64,000 nucleotides of DNA from Rhabdochlamydiaceae bacterium (GCA_019752555.1 JAIELY010000004.1:21844-85843), one strand, 5' to 3'; positions 40,843 to 50,430 are shown, counted from the stretch's first letter. The notes: generated by a model from the letters alone, not told the origin. Numbers and translations are program-made.

Positions 40843-42639
40843 TCATTGTGATTGCTTGTAGCGAAGAATCACATCGAGGAACACAGCGCCGTATTTCTCC
40901 CACTTGATGGGGCCAACGCCATTGACACGGAGCATCTCTTCACGCGATTTCGGGAGGACTTGGCACATTTCGATGAGCGCGCGGTCGCCGAAGACCACAA
41001 AGGCTGGCACTTTCATCTGTTGAGAAATCTGACGGCGCAATAAAGAGAGTTGATCGAAAAGGACTTGATCGTATTCGGCTTCCTTTTTGGGAGATTTCTT
41101 CGGGACAGCCTGAGCAATTTTCTTGTGAACGAAAACTTTTGTATTTCCTTGGATGACACCTGGCGTAAGATCGGTCCATTGAAGGACCGGATAGTCTCCT
41201 TGGCTACGCTTTAAAAAGCCTAATTCGATCAATTGATCGATGAGTGAGCGCAAGTCGGATTCAGAGACATCTGGAGTTAAGCAGTATGTCGATAAGCGGT
41301 CATGTCCCCGATCAAAAATCGCTTTGATCTTGGCACCTCGAAGAACATCCACCACATAGTTGACGCCAAATTGCTGTTTAAGACGAAAGACACAGGAGAG
41401 AACCTTTTGCGCTAGAAGAGTTTCATCGTACATTTCATGTGTATCTAGGCAATTATCGCACCGCTCACACGAAGAAAAGGGGTAGAGTTCATCGAAATAG
41501 CGAAGGAGTTCTTTACGGCGGCAGAGGCGGCTTTTGCAAAAGTGCAGCATCCGGTCTGTTTTTTGTTTCGTGACCTTGCGCACCTGTTCATCGGTGATCT
41601 GTTCCAAAAAGGAGTGATAGATGAGCGCTTCTTGTGCAGAATAGAGCAGAAGGCAGGTGGCGGGCAAACCATCTCTTCCTGCCCTTCCAATCTCTTGATA
41701 ATACTGCTCGATGGAGCGCGGCATATCGAGATGCACGACAAAACGGATATCGGGTTTGTGGATCCCCATGCCGAATGCGAGTGTTGCGACCATAATGGGA
41801 AGATCGCCGTGGATAAAGTCGTATTGAAAAGATCCCCGCTCGACATCGATCATCCCGGCATGGTACTTGCCGACCTTAAATCCCTCTTTTTTCAAGTGCT
41901 CGTAGGTCTCATCAACCGTTTTTCGGGTCGCTGCATACACAATTCCCGAGACATGGGGATGACGCTCGAGAAAGTGTTTCAACTGGCGCAACGTCTCTTG
42001 TTTCGGGTAGATCTCAATGGATAAATTAGGGCGGTCGAAACTCGCGCGTACAAGAAAAGGAGAGGTCATAAGAAGCTGGCCTGCGATATCCCTCTCCACC
42101 TCTTTTGTAGCTGTTGCAGTAAGAGCAATAATGGCGCTTTTGGGAAATTTCTCTTTTAAGAGAGAAAGCTTTCGATATTCGGGACGAAACGAGTGGCCCC
42201 ATTGAGAAATGCAGTGCGCTTCATCGATTGCAAAAAATGAGACGGTTGTCTTTTCCAAATAGCTGATAAACTGCTCATCAAAAAGGCGCTCTGGTGAAAT
42301 ATAGAGCAGCTTATAATCGGAAAGAGAATTGAGAACACTTTGGATTTCTTCAGACGGCAAACTGCTATTCAAGAAGGCAGCTGGCAGGCCATTCTTATAT
42401 AAACTCACCACTTGATCTTGCATAAGAGAAATCAAGGGTGAGATGACAACGGCAATACCTTGCATCAGCATAGCAGGAAGCTGATAACAGATTGACTTAC
42501 CGGCGCCAGTTGGCAAGATGGCAAGGACATCTTGGTGATCTAAAAGAGCTTGAACGATCTGTTTTTGCATCGGGCGAAATTCATTATACCCGAACCAGCG
42601 CTTGAGAGAATCTTCTAGAGTTAAAGAAGAGGTAATCAC
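40843..42639 (-). CDS. recQ: ATP-dependent DNA helicase RecQ
   Basis: ILPTGAGKS (motif I), AIDEAHCISQWGHSFRPEY (DEAH), a zinc-binding Cys cluster (CRRKELLRYF...CERCDNC) and a C-terminal HRDC-like domain. Confidence 0.93.
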   Translation of the reverse strand: MITSSLTLEDSLKRWFGYNEFRPMQKQIVQALLDHQDVLAILPTGAGKSICYQLPAMLMQGIAVVISPLISLMQDQVVSLYKNGLPAAFLNSSLPSEEIQSVLNSLSDYKLLYISPERLFDEQFISYLEKTTVSFFAIDEAHCISQWGHSFRPEYRKLSLLKEKFPKSAIIALTATATKEVERDIAGQLLMTSPFLVRASFDRPNLSIEIYPKQETLRQLKHFLERHPHVSGIVYAATRKTVDETYEHLKKEGFKVGKYHAGMIDVERGSFQYDFIHGDLPIMVATLAFGMGIHKPDIRFVVHLDMPRSIEQYYQEIGRAGRDGLPATCLLLYSAQEALIYHSFLEQITDEQVRKVTKQKTDRMLHFCKSRLCRRKELLRYFDELYPFSSCERCDNCLDTHEMYDETLLAQKVLSCVFRLKQQFGVNYVVDVLRGAKIKAIFDRGHDRLSTYCLTPDVSESDLRSLIDQLIELGFLKRSQGDYPVLQWTDLTPGVIQGNTKVFVHKKIAQAVPKKSPKKEAEYDQVLFDQLSLLRRQISQQMKVPAFVVFGDRALIEMCQVLPKSREEMLRVNGVGPIKWEKYGAVFLDVILRYKQSQ

Positions 42640-42641
42640 TT

Positions 42642-44393
42642 CTACCTAAGCTGGTTATAAGCATCTAAGAGCACTTGAGAGACCTCTAAAGGAGAGCTGA
42701 GCTGCAAGACTCTTTGAGCAAGTTCACAAGAAAAGAGCAGACTGCTTTGGCGCACAGCCCGTTTGACTAGGGGGACATAACGGGGAGAACAGGAAAACGC
42801 ATCAGCCCCTAACCCAAGCAAGAGAGGAACGAATAAAGGACTTGAGGCAATCTCACCGCAGATAGAAACGGGGCGGTGGTAACGCTTGGCTTCTGTTAGA
42901 ACCATTTTGATCATCCGCACGATGCTAGGATGTGCAGGATAACATGCCTCGCTCATCGAAGGAAGCCCGCGGTCTATTCCTAGAGTAAATTGCAGAAGGT
43001 CGTTTGTTCCGATTGCAAGAAAATCGCTTTGCTGCACTAGAGCATCGCACATAATGACAGCTGAGGGAACCTCAATCATCACACCCACCGGGATTTTTTC
43101 TTTAATGGGAACGCCATAGGATTTCAACTCAGAGGCCACCTCGTCGATCATCGTGCGTGCTTGCTGAAGCTCTCGAATATCGGAAATAAGAGGAAGAAGC
43201 AGCTGCAAATTGCCAAAGGCAGAGGCTCTATGCAGCGCGCGCAGCTGGGTGCGGAAAAGCTCTGGATTGCGCAACAAAAACCGGATCCCTCTACAGCCCA
43301 AAACGGGATTGGGCTCTTTATGCGCTTGAGAAATCCCTTCGGGATGCTTATCCCCTCCGACATCAAACACGCGAATGGACACTGGAAGCTGAGGCATTTT
43401 TTCGATCAGTTCGCGATAAACATGAAATTGCTGCTCTTCAGAAACATGGAGGTTTTGATTATGGAAAAACAAAAATTCGGAACGGAAAAGTCCGATTCCA
43501 TCGACACCGCCTTGTTTCAAGGGCTCAAGATCTTCAATATGTCCAATGTTAGCAAAAACCTGAACGGGGAATCCATCGATCGTTTCTGTATCGTACTGCA
43601 ACTCATTTTGAAGCAATTGATAACTCGTTTTTAAACACGTTTTGCGCCGTTTATAGGCAGAGAGAGTCTCTTCTGTGGGATTAAAAATCACCTCTCCTGT
43701 CTGTCCGTCGACGATCACACACTGCGACGAGATTTTTTTAAGTGCATAAATATCAATGCATGCAACAAAGGGGATCCCCTTGGCGCGTGCAATGAGAGCC
43801 GCGTGGGAATTTCCTCCTCCTGCATAGCTAACAAATGCGCTCACGCGCGAGGTTTGAGCCGCTGCCGTATAAGATGGGATCAGTTCATGGATAAAAACGA
43901 TGGAATTAAACGGGATATCCAGTAGAGAGTGTTTGGCCTTCGGCGATAAATGGCCCAAGACCCGTTTTGCAAGATCCATCACATCCACAAGCCTTTGTTG
44001 GAAAAAGGAATCAGATGTTTGGGAAAAACGGACCTCATAATCCCGAATCACTTCATGAAAGACCGATTCCGTATTCTGAAGCATCTGGCGGATTTTCTCC
44101 TCCATGTGCGTCGTCATCATCGGATCTTCGAGCATCTGAATGTGCGTGTCTAAAATCGTAACGGCATCGTCTGAGCCCTCACAGACAAGATCACTCTGCA
44201 GTCTCTGCAAATCTTCACGGCTGGAAAACAACGCTTTACGGTATCTTGCAATCTCATCGTCCACTTCGCCGATGGAAATCGGAAATTCAGGAATTTGCTC
44301 TTCTTCAGGACAAAAAAAATAGGGAACTCCAATTGCCACCCCATCGCTGACAGGAAATCCCTTAATTCGGATCTCTTTGTTCGCCCTATTCAT
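42642..44393 (-). CDS. ptsI: Phosphoenolpyruvate-protein phosphotransferase (PTS enzyme I)
   Basis: GGGNSHAALIARAKGIPFV (active-site His region), GLFRSEFLF, IRVFDVGGDK and GTNDLLQFTLGIDR. The ATG overlaps the ptsH stop as TAATG. Confidence 0.93.
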   Translation of the reverse strand: MNRANKEIRIKGFPVSDGVAIGVPYFFCPEEEQIPEFPISIGEVDDEIARYRKALFSSREDLQRLQSDLVCEGSDDAVTILDTHIQMLEDPMMTTHMEEKIRQMLQNTESVFHEVIRDYEVRFSQTSDSFFQQRLVDVMDLAKRVLGHLSPKAKHSLLDIPFNSIVFIHELIPSYTAAAQTSRVSAFVSYAGGGNSHAALIARAKGIPFVACIDIYALKKISSQCVIVDGQTGEVIFNPTEETLSAYKRRKTCLKTSYQLLQNELQYDTETIDGFPVQVFANIGHIEDLEPLKQGGVDGIGLFRSEFLFFHNQNLHVSEEQQFHVYRELIEKMPQLPVSIRVFDVGGDKHPEGISQAHKEPNPVLGCRGIRFLLRNPELFRTQLRALHRASAFGNLQLLLPLISDIRELQQARTMIDEVASELKSYGVPIKEKIPVGVMIEVPSAVIMCDALVQQSDFLAIGTNDLLQFTLGIDRGLPSMSEACYPAHPSIVRMIKMVLTEAKRYHRPVSICGEIASSPLFVPLLLGLGADAFSCSPRYVPLVKRAVRQSSLLFSCELAQRVLQLSSPLEVSQVLLDAYNQLR

Positions 44394-44677
44394 TACTCTC
44401 CAAATTTGTTTTCAAAAGCGGAGACGAGCTTATCTAACACCTCGCGCGCATCCTCTCCTTCGACATCGATAAGAATCTGAGAATTCTTTGTCGCCGCCAA
44501 CATAAGCACGCTCATGATACTACGCGCATTGACCGTTTCTTTGCGATAGGTGAATGAAACGGTCGATCGAGACCCTTGCAGCAATTTGGCAATAACGGTC
44601 GCAGGCCTGGCATGCAACCCAAGGGCATTTTTAATTTTTACTTTTTGAGAAATCTTCTCGTACTTGTTTTCTGTCAT
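44393..44677 (-). CDS. ptsH: Phosphocarrier protein HPr
   Basis: LGLHARPA (His15) and VNARSIMSVLML (Ser46 context). I chose the ATG at 44677; the ORF track allows 44701. Either start overlaps the hprK 3' end. Confidence 0.88.
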   Translation of the reverse strand: MTENKYEKISQKVKIKNALGLHARPATVIAKLLQGSRSTVSFTYRKETVNARSIMSVLMLAATKNSQILIDVEGEDAREVLDKLVSAFENKFGE

Positions 44678-45611
44678 TCTGCTTCTTCGCAATCGTTTCA
44701 AGGAGTTTTACATTAAATTCTTTTGCAGAGTGATATCCCATCTCTTTCAACCGATGATTTAAGACAATTGTCTCAAGCAAAAGAGCGACATCTCTTCCCG
44801 GCTTCACCGGCAAAATATGATAGGGAACTTTCACGCCTAGAAGGTCGCAATACTTTTCATCAAGTCCAATCCGATCGTAAAACCTTCGATCGTCCCAATC
44901 TTCTAATTTCACGACAATATCAATTTTTTTATCATCCCTAACGCAAACAGCACCATAAAGGTGAGCCACATTGAGAATGCCTATCCCACGGATCTCCATG
45001 AGGTGGCGGGTAAGCTCTGGACCTGATCCTTCTAGATAAGTTCCCTCGCGCAGTTTAATGCGCACAACATCATCCGAGATCAACCTGTGTCCCCGTTCGA
45101 TGAGGCCAAGGGCAGCTTCGCTCTTTCCAACAGAAGAATCCCCCTGAATCATGACTCCAACACCAAATACTTCCACCAAGGTGCCATGGCAAGTCATCGA
45201 AGGAGAAAATTCCTCGTTGAGAAGCAACGTCATTTTACTTACGAGGTTCATCGTGGGAATATTGGTGCGGAATAGAGGAATCCCCGCTTGCTCGCAAAAG
45301 GCAACTAGCTCCTTTACAGGCAAGAATCTACCTGCAACGATGACAGCAGGGGTTTGCTGGGTTAAAATCCCTCGCAATCTTTCGATGCGCAGTTGCTTAT
45401 CTAAATCTTTTAAAAAAAGGGTTTCAACATTTCCAAAAATAAGCAGGCGTTGACTAACATAGTTTTTCAAATACCCGGAGAGACTTAAGCCAGGACGGTG
45501 AACCTCTGGAAGCTTAATGAGCCGTTTTAACCCTTCTTTACCTGCGATAAGACGAAGTCCAAGGCGCGTTCCATATTTTTCGAAAAGCTCTTCTACAGAG
45601 TACATCCACAC
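44631..45611 (-). CDS. hprK: HPr kinase/phosphorylase
   Basis: GVGVMIQGDSSVGKSEAALGLIERGHRLISDD (P-loop plus signature) and LMEIRGIGILNV. The start could be GTG at 45611 or ATG at 45605. Confidence 0.92.
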   Translation of the reverse strand: MWMYSVEELFEKYGTRLGLRLIAGKEGLKRLIKLPEVHRPGLSLSGYLKNYVSQRLLIFGNVETLFLKDLDKQLRIERLRGILTQQTPAVIVAGRFLPVKELVAFCEQAGIPLFRTNIPTMNLVSKMTLLLNEEFSPSMTCHGTLVEVFGVGVMIQGDSSVGKSEAALGLIERGHRLISDDVVRIKLREGTYLEGSGPELTRHLMEIRGIGILNVAHLYGAVCVRDDKKIDIVVKLEDWDDRRFYDRIGLDEKYCDLLGVKVPYHILPVKPGRDVALLLETIVLNHRLKEMGYHSAKEFNVKLLETIAKKQNDRKQVREDFSKSKN

Positions 45612-45635
45612 CTTTTGCTGTTCTTAGTGCAACTA

Positions 45636-45664
45636 TTGACTAAAGTTGCCATGCCTGATATATA
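45636..45664 (+). promoter_or_regulatory. Near-consensus promoter, TTGACT-N17-TATATA, far upstream of ndh
   Basis: TTGACT at 45636-45641 and TATATA at 45659-45664. This implies a leader of about 165 nt before the ndh ATG at 45836. Confidence 0.4.
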
Positions 45665-45835
45665 CCACAATGGACCAAAAATAAGATAAGTGGGCTAACG
45701 TGATTTTATGTAGACACCTTCTTTTTGGAAAGGAAAATTGCGAGCTGGCGTGGTCCCCAATTAATGAGCCTCTCCTCTTTGTATAGCGGAGTTTTGCAAT
45801 TGGGTTGGGTATAAATTAAGATCGAGAAGTAAAAG

Positions 45836-47107
45836 ATGGCTTATACAAAAGTTGTGATCATAGGTGGAGGATTTGGCGGGTTAAACGTTGCCACTTCTCT
45901 AAAAAAAGCAAAAATCGATCTGTTGATGATCGATAAACTCAATCACCACCTTTTCCAACCCCTCCTCTATGAAGTGGCCACAGCAGCGCTATCCCCAGGA
46001 GAGATCGCAACTCCTCTGCGCGAGATCCTTAGCACTCAAGAAAACACGACTGTCATCATGGGGGAAGTGGTTCACATTGACACATCAAAAAAGCAGTTAA
46101 CCCTTGCCAACGGAGATCTCATCGGATTTGATTATCTGATCATCGCCGTCGGCGCGCGCCACTCTTATTTTGGCAATGATCAATGGGAGCCATTTGCCCC
46201 TGGATTAAAGACGATTAATGATGCGGTCAAAATCCGGGAAAAAATTCTAACCTCTTTTGAAAAAGCTGAGAGGATCGACAGCATCACTGAGGCGGCAAAA
46301 TACTTAAACTTTGTTGTGATCGGCGGCGGTCCGACAGGGGTGGAAATGGCAGGAGCCATTGGAGAGATTGCACATCAAACCCTCTTTCGCAACTTCCGTC
46401 GAATCAAGCCGGAAAAGACAAAAATCTACCTGGTTGAGGCCTTTCCGAATATTCTTCCCAGCTACCCTGAACGCCTCTCGCAGCATGCTCGAAAAGATTT
46501 AGAGGAGCTCGGCGTTAAGGTCATCACAGGAAAAAAAGTCACAAACATCAATGAAGAAGGCGTTCAAGTTGAAGATATTTTTCTCGCCTCGAAAAATATC
46601 ATTTGGGCAGCTGGAAACCAAGCTTCTGCACTACTTAAAACATTAGGCGCGCCGCTTGACAGGGCTGGGCGTGTCATGGTAACAGCAGACTTAAGCATTC
46701 CCGACCACCCGAATATCTTTGTGATTGGAGATGCGGCTTGCGTTCTTGGCAAAGATGGCAAACCATTACCGGCAATTGCCCCCGCAGCAATCCAAGAAGG
46801 ACGCTATGTCGCTCAGATCATCAAAAAAGCGATCCCCAAAGACCAAAGAAAACCTTTTGCTTATTTTGATAAAGGCAGTATGGCAACCATCGGGAAAGCC
46901 AAAGCAATCGTATCGATCGGAAAACTTCAGTTTACAGGCTTTTTCGCCTGGCTAACCTGGGCGTTTATCCACATCCTTTACCTCATCGGATTCCGCAACC
47001 GGGTCGGGGTGATGCTCGAGTGGCTCAGCGTTATGTTCAGTGGACAAAGAGGTGTGCGCCTCATCACCAACCCGCTGGATCAAGACGCTCCAAAAGGCAA
47101 ATCTTGA
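45836..47107 (+). CDS. ndh: Type II NADH:quinone oxidoreductase (NDH-2)
   Basis: VVIIGGGFGGL (first Rossmann fold), VVIGGGPTGVEMAG (second) and IFVIGDAA. Confidence 0.9.
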   Translation: MAYTKVVIIGGGFGGLNVATSLKKAKIDLLMIDKLNHHLFQPLLYEVATAALSPGEIATPLREILSTQENTTVIMGEVVHIDTSKKQLTLANGDLIGFDYLIIAVGARHSYFGNDQWEPFAPGLKTINDAVKIREKILTSFEKAERIDSITEAAKYLNFVVIGGGPTGVEMAGAIGEIAHQTLFRNFRRIKPEKTKIYLVEAFPNILPSYPERLSQHARKDLEELGVKVITGKKVTNINEEGVQVEDIFLASKNIIWAAGNQASALLKTLGAPLDRAGRVMVTADLSIPDHPNIFVIGDAACVLGKDGKPLPAIAPAAIQEGRYVAQIIKKAIPKDQRKPFAYFDKGSMATIGKAKAIVSIGKLQFTGFFAWLTWAFIHILYLIGFRNRVGVMLEWLSVMFSGQRGVRLITNPLDQDAPKGKS

Positions 47108-47141
47108 CAGGTTTGGCTCTGTTAGTATCTACTAGTCCGGC

Positions 47142-48677
47142 ATGACAAGTGCAGAAATCTTAAGAACTTTTGAAAACATTTGGCGCAAATACCCTGCTTT
47201 TATGAACGCTGTTCCTTGGCTTCTCGGAACGGCATGGGGACTTTCCCCGAGCTATTTCTATGGATGCCTTTTAGGGTTGTGGCTTCTTCCCTTAATCTTC
47301 TTGTCTTCTCAGCGAAAAACGCTGCTCTTTGCTCTTTGTGCCTTTATAAGCGCAGGTGTTTTGACACAGCTGCGCTGTCCTCTACCTCAAGTTCCTTCGG
47401 AAAAATGTCATGGAACTGGAACGTTTAGTATCGATGCACTCAAAACACAGCATTCCCCTTTCCATCGCTCGCTCGTCTATCAGGGCACGCTCGATTTTAT
47501 AACAGATGAAGGGCACCCTATCCCCTCAGTACCCTGCGCGCTGTATCACCCCTATTTTTCAAAACATCCTTCCGCTGACAGCTCCTATAAAATCACCGGC
47601 ACTCTCATTCAAAAAAAGCCCCGTTTTTTTATTCTCAAACCCGATAAAAATAAATCCTGGATTCCTGTCATTGGGTCATTCAGCTTTGCAGAAGGGCGCT
47701 ACCTTGCCAAGAAAGCCTTTTGCCGCTCGCTTGAGATGCAGATCTCCAATCCACACACAAGAACCTTCCTCAATGCGCTAGCAACAGGAGAGATAGACGA
47801 TCGGATCCTGTCTTTAGAATTTGGAAAACTCGGCATGCAGCACATCTTAGCTATTTCCGGATTTCACTTCGCCTTAATCGCCCTATTTTTAGGCGCGCTG
47901 CTTCGGCTGGTGTTTTCTTACCGCACTTCTACTTTACTACTGCTTTTGCTCTTAAGCCTCTACGCCTTTTTCCTAGGAAATTCACCCTCTGTGCTACGCG
48001 CTTGGATCGCGCTCTTGGTCCTTCTTATCGGAGCGCTGATCAATCGCCGCTCATCAGCACTCAACACGCTCGGAGTGGGACTCTGGATCGAACTGCTTTT
48101 CAACCCCCTTGTCGCAGCTCACGTAGGATTTCAGCTGAGCTTTCTATGCACACTTGCAATTTTAAGCTTAGTGCCCTTGTGCAACGCTCTTGTCAGCTGT
48201 CTGACGCGCAAACGAGATTTAGCAGATCTTCTTCAAATGTCTCGCCTCGATCAACACGGCTATTTAGCTCTCTGTTATTTGCGCGCCTCTCTATCAGTGA
48301 ACCTCGCCATTCTCATTGCTACGCTTCCCGTTCTTTTATTGCTGTTTCACCGGTTCCCTCTGCTTAGCCTCCTCTACAATCTTTTTTTCCCCCTCTGCGT
48401 TAGTCTATCGCTTCTGCTGCTTTGCACAGGCTGTCTTATCAGCGCAATCCTTCCACCCATCGGAAGCTATATTCACGCTCTTAATAACGCATGGACAAGC
48501 GCGGTGCTCACTTTCAGCTCAGAGCCGCCCGCGTTCTGCGATCTTGTGATCCGAATGAAAACCCTTTCATTTCCCATCGTCGCACTGTATTTGACCCTGC
48601 TTTTCATGGGAGCGCTCTTTTGGAATGAAAAACAAAAGAATCAACTATTCCAAGAAAGCTTTAGTTTTTCCCGATGA
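47142..48677 (+). CDS. comEC: ComEC/Rec2-family DNA-uptake channel protein (competence domain only)
   Basis: Polytopic membrane protein with GMQHILAISGFHFALIA and SPSVLRAWIALLVLL, typical of the ComEC competence domain. Confidence 0.85.
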   Translation: MTSAEILRTFENIWRKYPAFMNAVPWLLGTAWGLSPSYFYGCLLGLWLLPLIFLSSQRKTLLFALCAFISAGVLTQLRCPLPQVPSEKCHGTGTFSIDALKTQHSPFHRSLVYQGTLDFITDEGHPIPSVPCALYHPYFSKHPSADSSYKITGTLIQKKPRFFILKPDKNKSWIPVIGSFSFAEGRYLAKKAFCRSLEMQISNPHTRTFLNALATGEIDDRILSLEFGKLGMQHILAISGFHFALIALFLGALLRLVFSYRTSTLLLLLLLSLYAFFLGNSPSVLRAWIALLVLLIGALINRRSSALNTLGVGLWIELLFNPLVAAHVGFQLSFLCTLAILSLVPLCNALVSCLTRKRDLADLLQMSRLDQHGYLALCYLRASLSVNLAILIATLPVLLLLFHRFPLLSLLYNLFFPLCVSLSLLLLCTGCLISAILPPIGSYIHALNNAWTSAVLTFSSEPPAFCDLVIRMKTLSFPIVALYLTLLFMGALFWNEKQKNQLFQESFSFSR

Positions 48678-50021
48678 CAACGTACGCTGTCGTTTAAGGC
48701 TTTTATTATCAACATCTTCATTAGCTTCAGTCGAAGAGCTTCCAGATGCTGCAGGAGAAGAGATCTCGGAAAAGCTTCTAGGAATTTTTACCTTGCTAGT
48801 GAGTAGAGCTCTCCCCGTAGGAAGGTCTGTATCAATAAAGGCACCATTTGGAAAATCTTTTGGATCTTCAGGAGGAAGTCCATCGGGTTCTGCCCCAGGA
48901 CCTTCACTTTGAAGCAAAAAGGAATCGAAATACGCACCATTAACAGAAACCGGATCCTTCTGTTCATCATTCGATGAAGAAAAATCATCAGAAACAGTCT
49001 GTTCGTCTAAAGAGGAACTCTCTTCTGAGCTGCAAATGCGCTTTTTTAAAAGAAAGGAATCAATTTCCCTTAACACAGTGTAATTTCCTGTAAGATCAAG
49101 TCTGCAAGGAGCCTTTCCAACGAAATAGGAATCTGCAATACTATTTTGCAGATAAAGCGAGCTTTTATCGCTTATTTTGCAGTAACGCAAGGAAAGCTCA
49201 TGAAGGCGAGAAAAGCCGCTATTTCTTACAAGCAGGACGATCCCCCTATCTTTTAATGGATTATGGCTTAAATCAACCGACTTAAGATGGGCATGGTCTT
49301 TAAACGCATTTGCCAAAGCAAGGCAAGAAACAACACCTGAAATCCCATTGCGTTGCAACTCGACCTTTTCAAGAAGAGAAGCCCTCTGAATCAGCCGGGC
49401 TAACTTCTTTACCTCGCAAGGAAATTTTAATAGCTCAAGCCCTGATATTTGAAGAGAGCGTAGGGATGTTTTAGCTGAAAGCAAGCAGATCAACTTAGAA
49501 AATTCTGAAGACCCCATCTCAGCATGAGTCAAACTAAACGCTTCTAGGACAAGACTCTTTTTTACAGCCTTTAGAATTTTGTCCGAAATCGCACCTTCGC
49601 AAACGATGCTCACCTTTGTGACTTGAGAATACTCTTCTGGTAGCAGTTCCCTTTTTCCATCAAAGGTCAACCCTGAAGCTCCCTCTAACCGATGAGAATG
49701 AGGAGCGTAAGAGAACCATTCCTCTTCATTCAAAGCGGCTTTCAATGGAAATTCATCTGCGCTACAATCCGGTTCCGTCGCATTACTGTCTAGATCGGAA
49801 ATGCACCCACCTTCAAAGGGACTGACATAACTATGAGCTGCTTGAGCTGCCCATTGCTTCATGTATTTTTCTAGTTTCAATAAAAACTTATTCTCACGAC
49901 CTTCCGTAGAGGAATCAAGAGAAGGGGAATCTGACGAGAATAAATCATACGTTTGAACCAACTCCTTAAAATTATTACTAACTCCACCAACAGCCACAAC
50001 AAACTCCTTATTACAAGCCAC
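48645..50021 (-). CDS. Leucine-rich-repeat protein (RNI-type LRRs) with a Ser/Asp/Glu-rich C-terminal region; candidate secreted effector
   Basis: LRSLQISGLELLKFPCEVKKLARLIQRASLLEKVELQRNGISGVVSCLALANAFKDHAHLKSVDLSHNPLKDRGIVLLVRNSGFSRLHELSLRYCKISDKS. The start is uncertain: GTG at 50021, or GTG at 49997 preceded by AAGGAG. The 3' end overlaps comEC by 33 nt in convergent orientation. Confidence 0.7.
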   Translation of the reverse strand: MACNKEFVVAVGGVSNNFKELVQTYDLFSSDSPSLDSSTEGRENKFLLKLEKYMKQWAAQAAHSYVSPFEGGCISDLDSNATEPDCSADEFPLKAALNEEEWFSYAPHSHRLEGASGLTFDGKRELLPEEYSQVTKVSIVCEGAISDKILKAVKKSLVLEAFSLTHAEMGSSEFSKLICLLSAKTSLRSLQISGLELLKFPCEVKKLARLIQRASLLEKVELQRNGISGVVSCLALANAFKDHAHLKSVDLSHNPLKDRGIVLLVRNSGFSRLHELSLRYCKISDKSSLYLQNSIADSYFVGKAPCRLDLTGNYTVLREIDSFLLKKRICSSEESSSLDEQTVSDDFSSSNDEQKDPVSVNGAYFDSFLLQSEGPGAEPDGLPPEDPKDFPNGAFIDTDLPTGRALLTSKVKIPRSFSEISSPAASGSSSTEANEDVDNKSLKRQRTLSSGKTKAFLE

Positions 50022-50125
50022 TTAAAATTAGATTTTCACACATTTTAAATGATTAAAGAATTAAAAGAGACAAAAAAACATCGCCTCAAATCCTTAGACC
50101 AAAACACACAAATTTCACTCAAAAA

Positions 50126-50154
50126 TTGACGAAAAAACGCCTCTTGCGTAGAAT
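50126..50154 (+). promoter_or_regulatory. Near-consensus promoter for tRNA-His, TTGACG-N17-TAGAAT
   Basis: TTGACG at 50126-50131 and TAGAAT at 50149-50154, about 55 nt upstream of the tRNA. Confidence 0.5.
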
Positions 50155-50208
50155 CAACCGCTTTGAGAGTCTGTTTAAGGACTCGAGATTCCTCGAAAGT
50201 TCGTTTAT

Positions 50209-50283
50209 GGCGATCGTAGCTCAGTTGGTTAGAGCGCAGGTTTGTGGAGCCTGATGTCGCGGGTTCGATCCCCGTCGATCGCC
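50209..50283 (+). tRNA. tRNA-His (GTG) with a genomically encoded G-1
   Basis: Hand fold: G-1 plus acceptor GCGATCG/CGATCGC; D arm GCTC-AGTTGGTTA-GAGC; anticodon stem CAGGT/GCCTG with loop TTGTGGA; T arm GCGGG-TTCGATC-CCCGT; discriminator C pairs with G-1. No CCA is encoded. Confidence 0.9.
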
Positions 50284-50430
50284 CTTCTTTCTCTTTTCCC
50301 CTATTTATCGAATGCATTTCCAGTTTTGCTTTTCCTGTGCTGCAAGCCAATTGATCCGCTTGTTTCTGCAGACTATTCAGAAATCGCCCTAATCAGGATA
50401 ATGAGGTCAACGCTCTTTAAGTAGGATCGC

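Noticed and set aside
50045-50350. 101-aa minus-strand ORF
   Set aside because: It runs straight across the tRNA-His gene and its promoter. The tRNA cloverleaf is far better supported.
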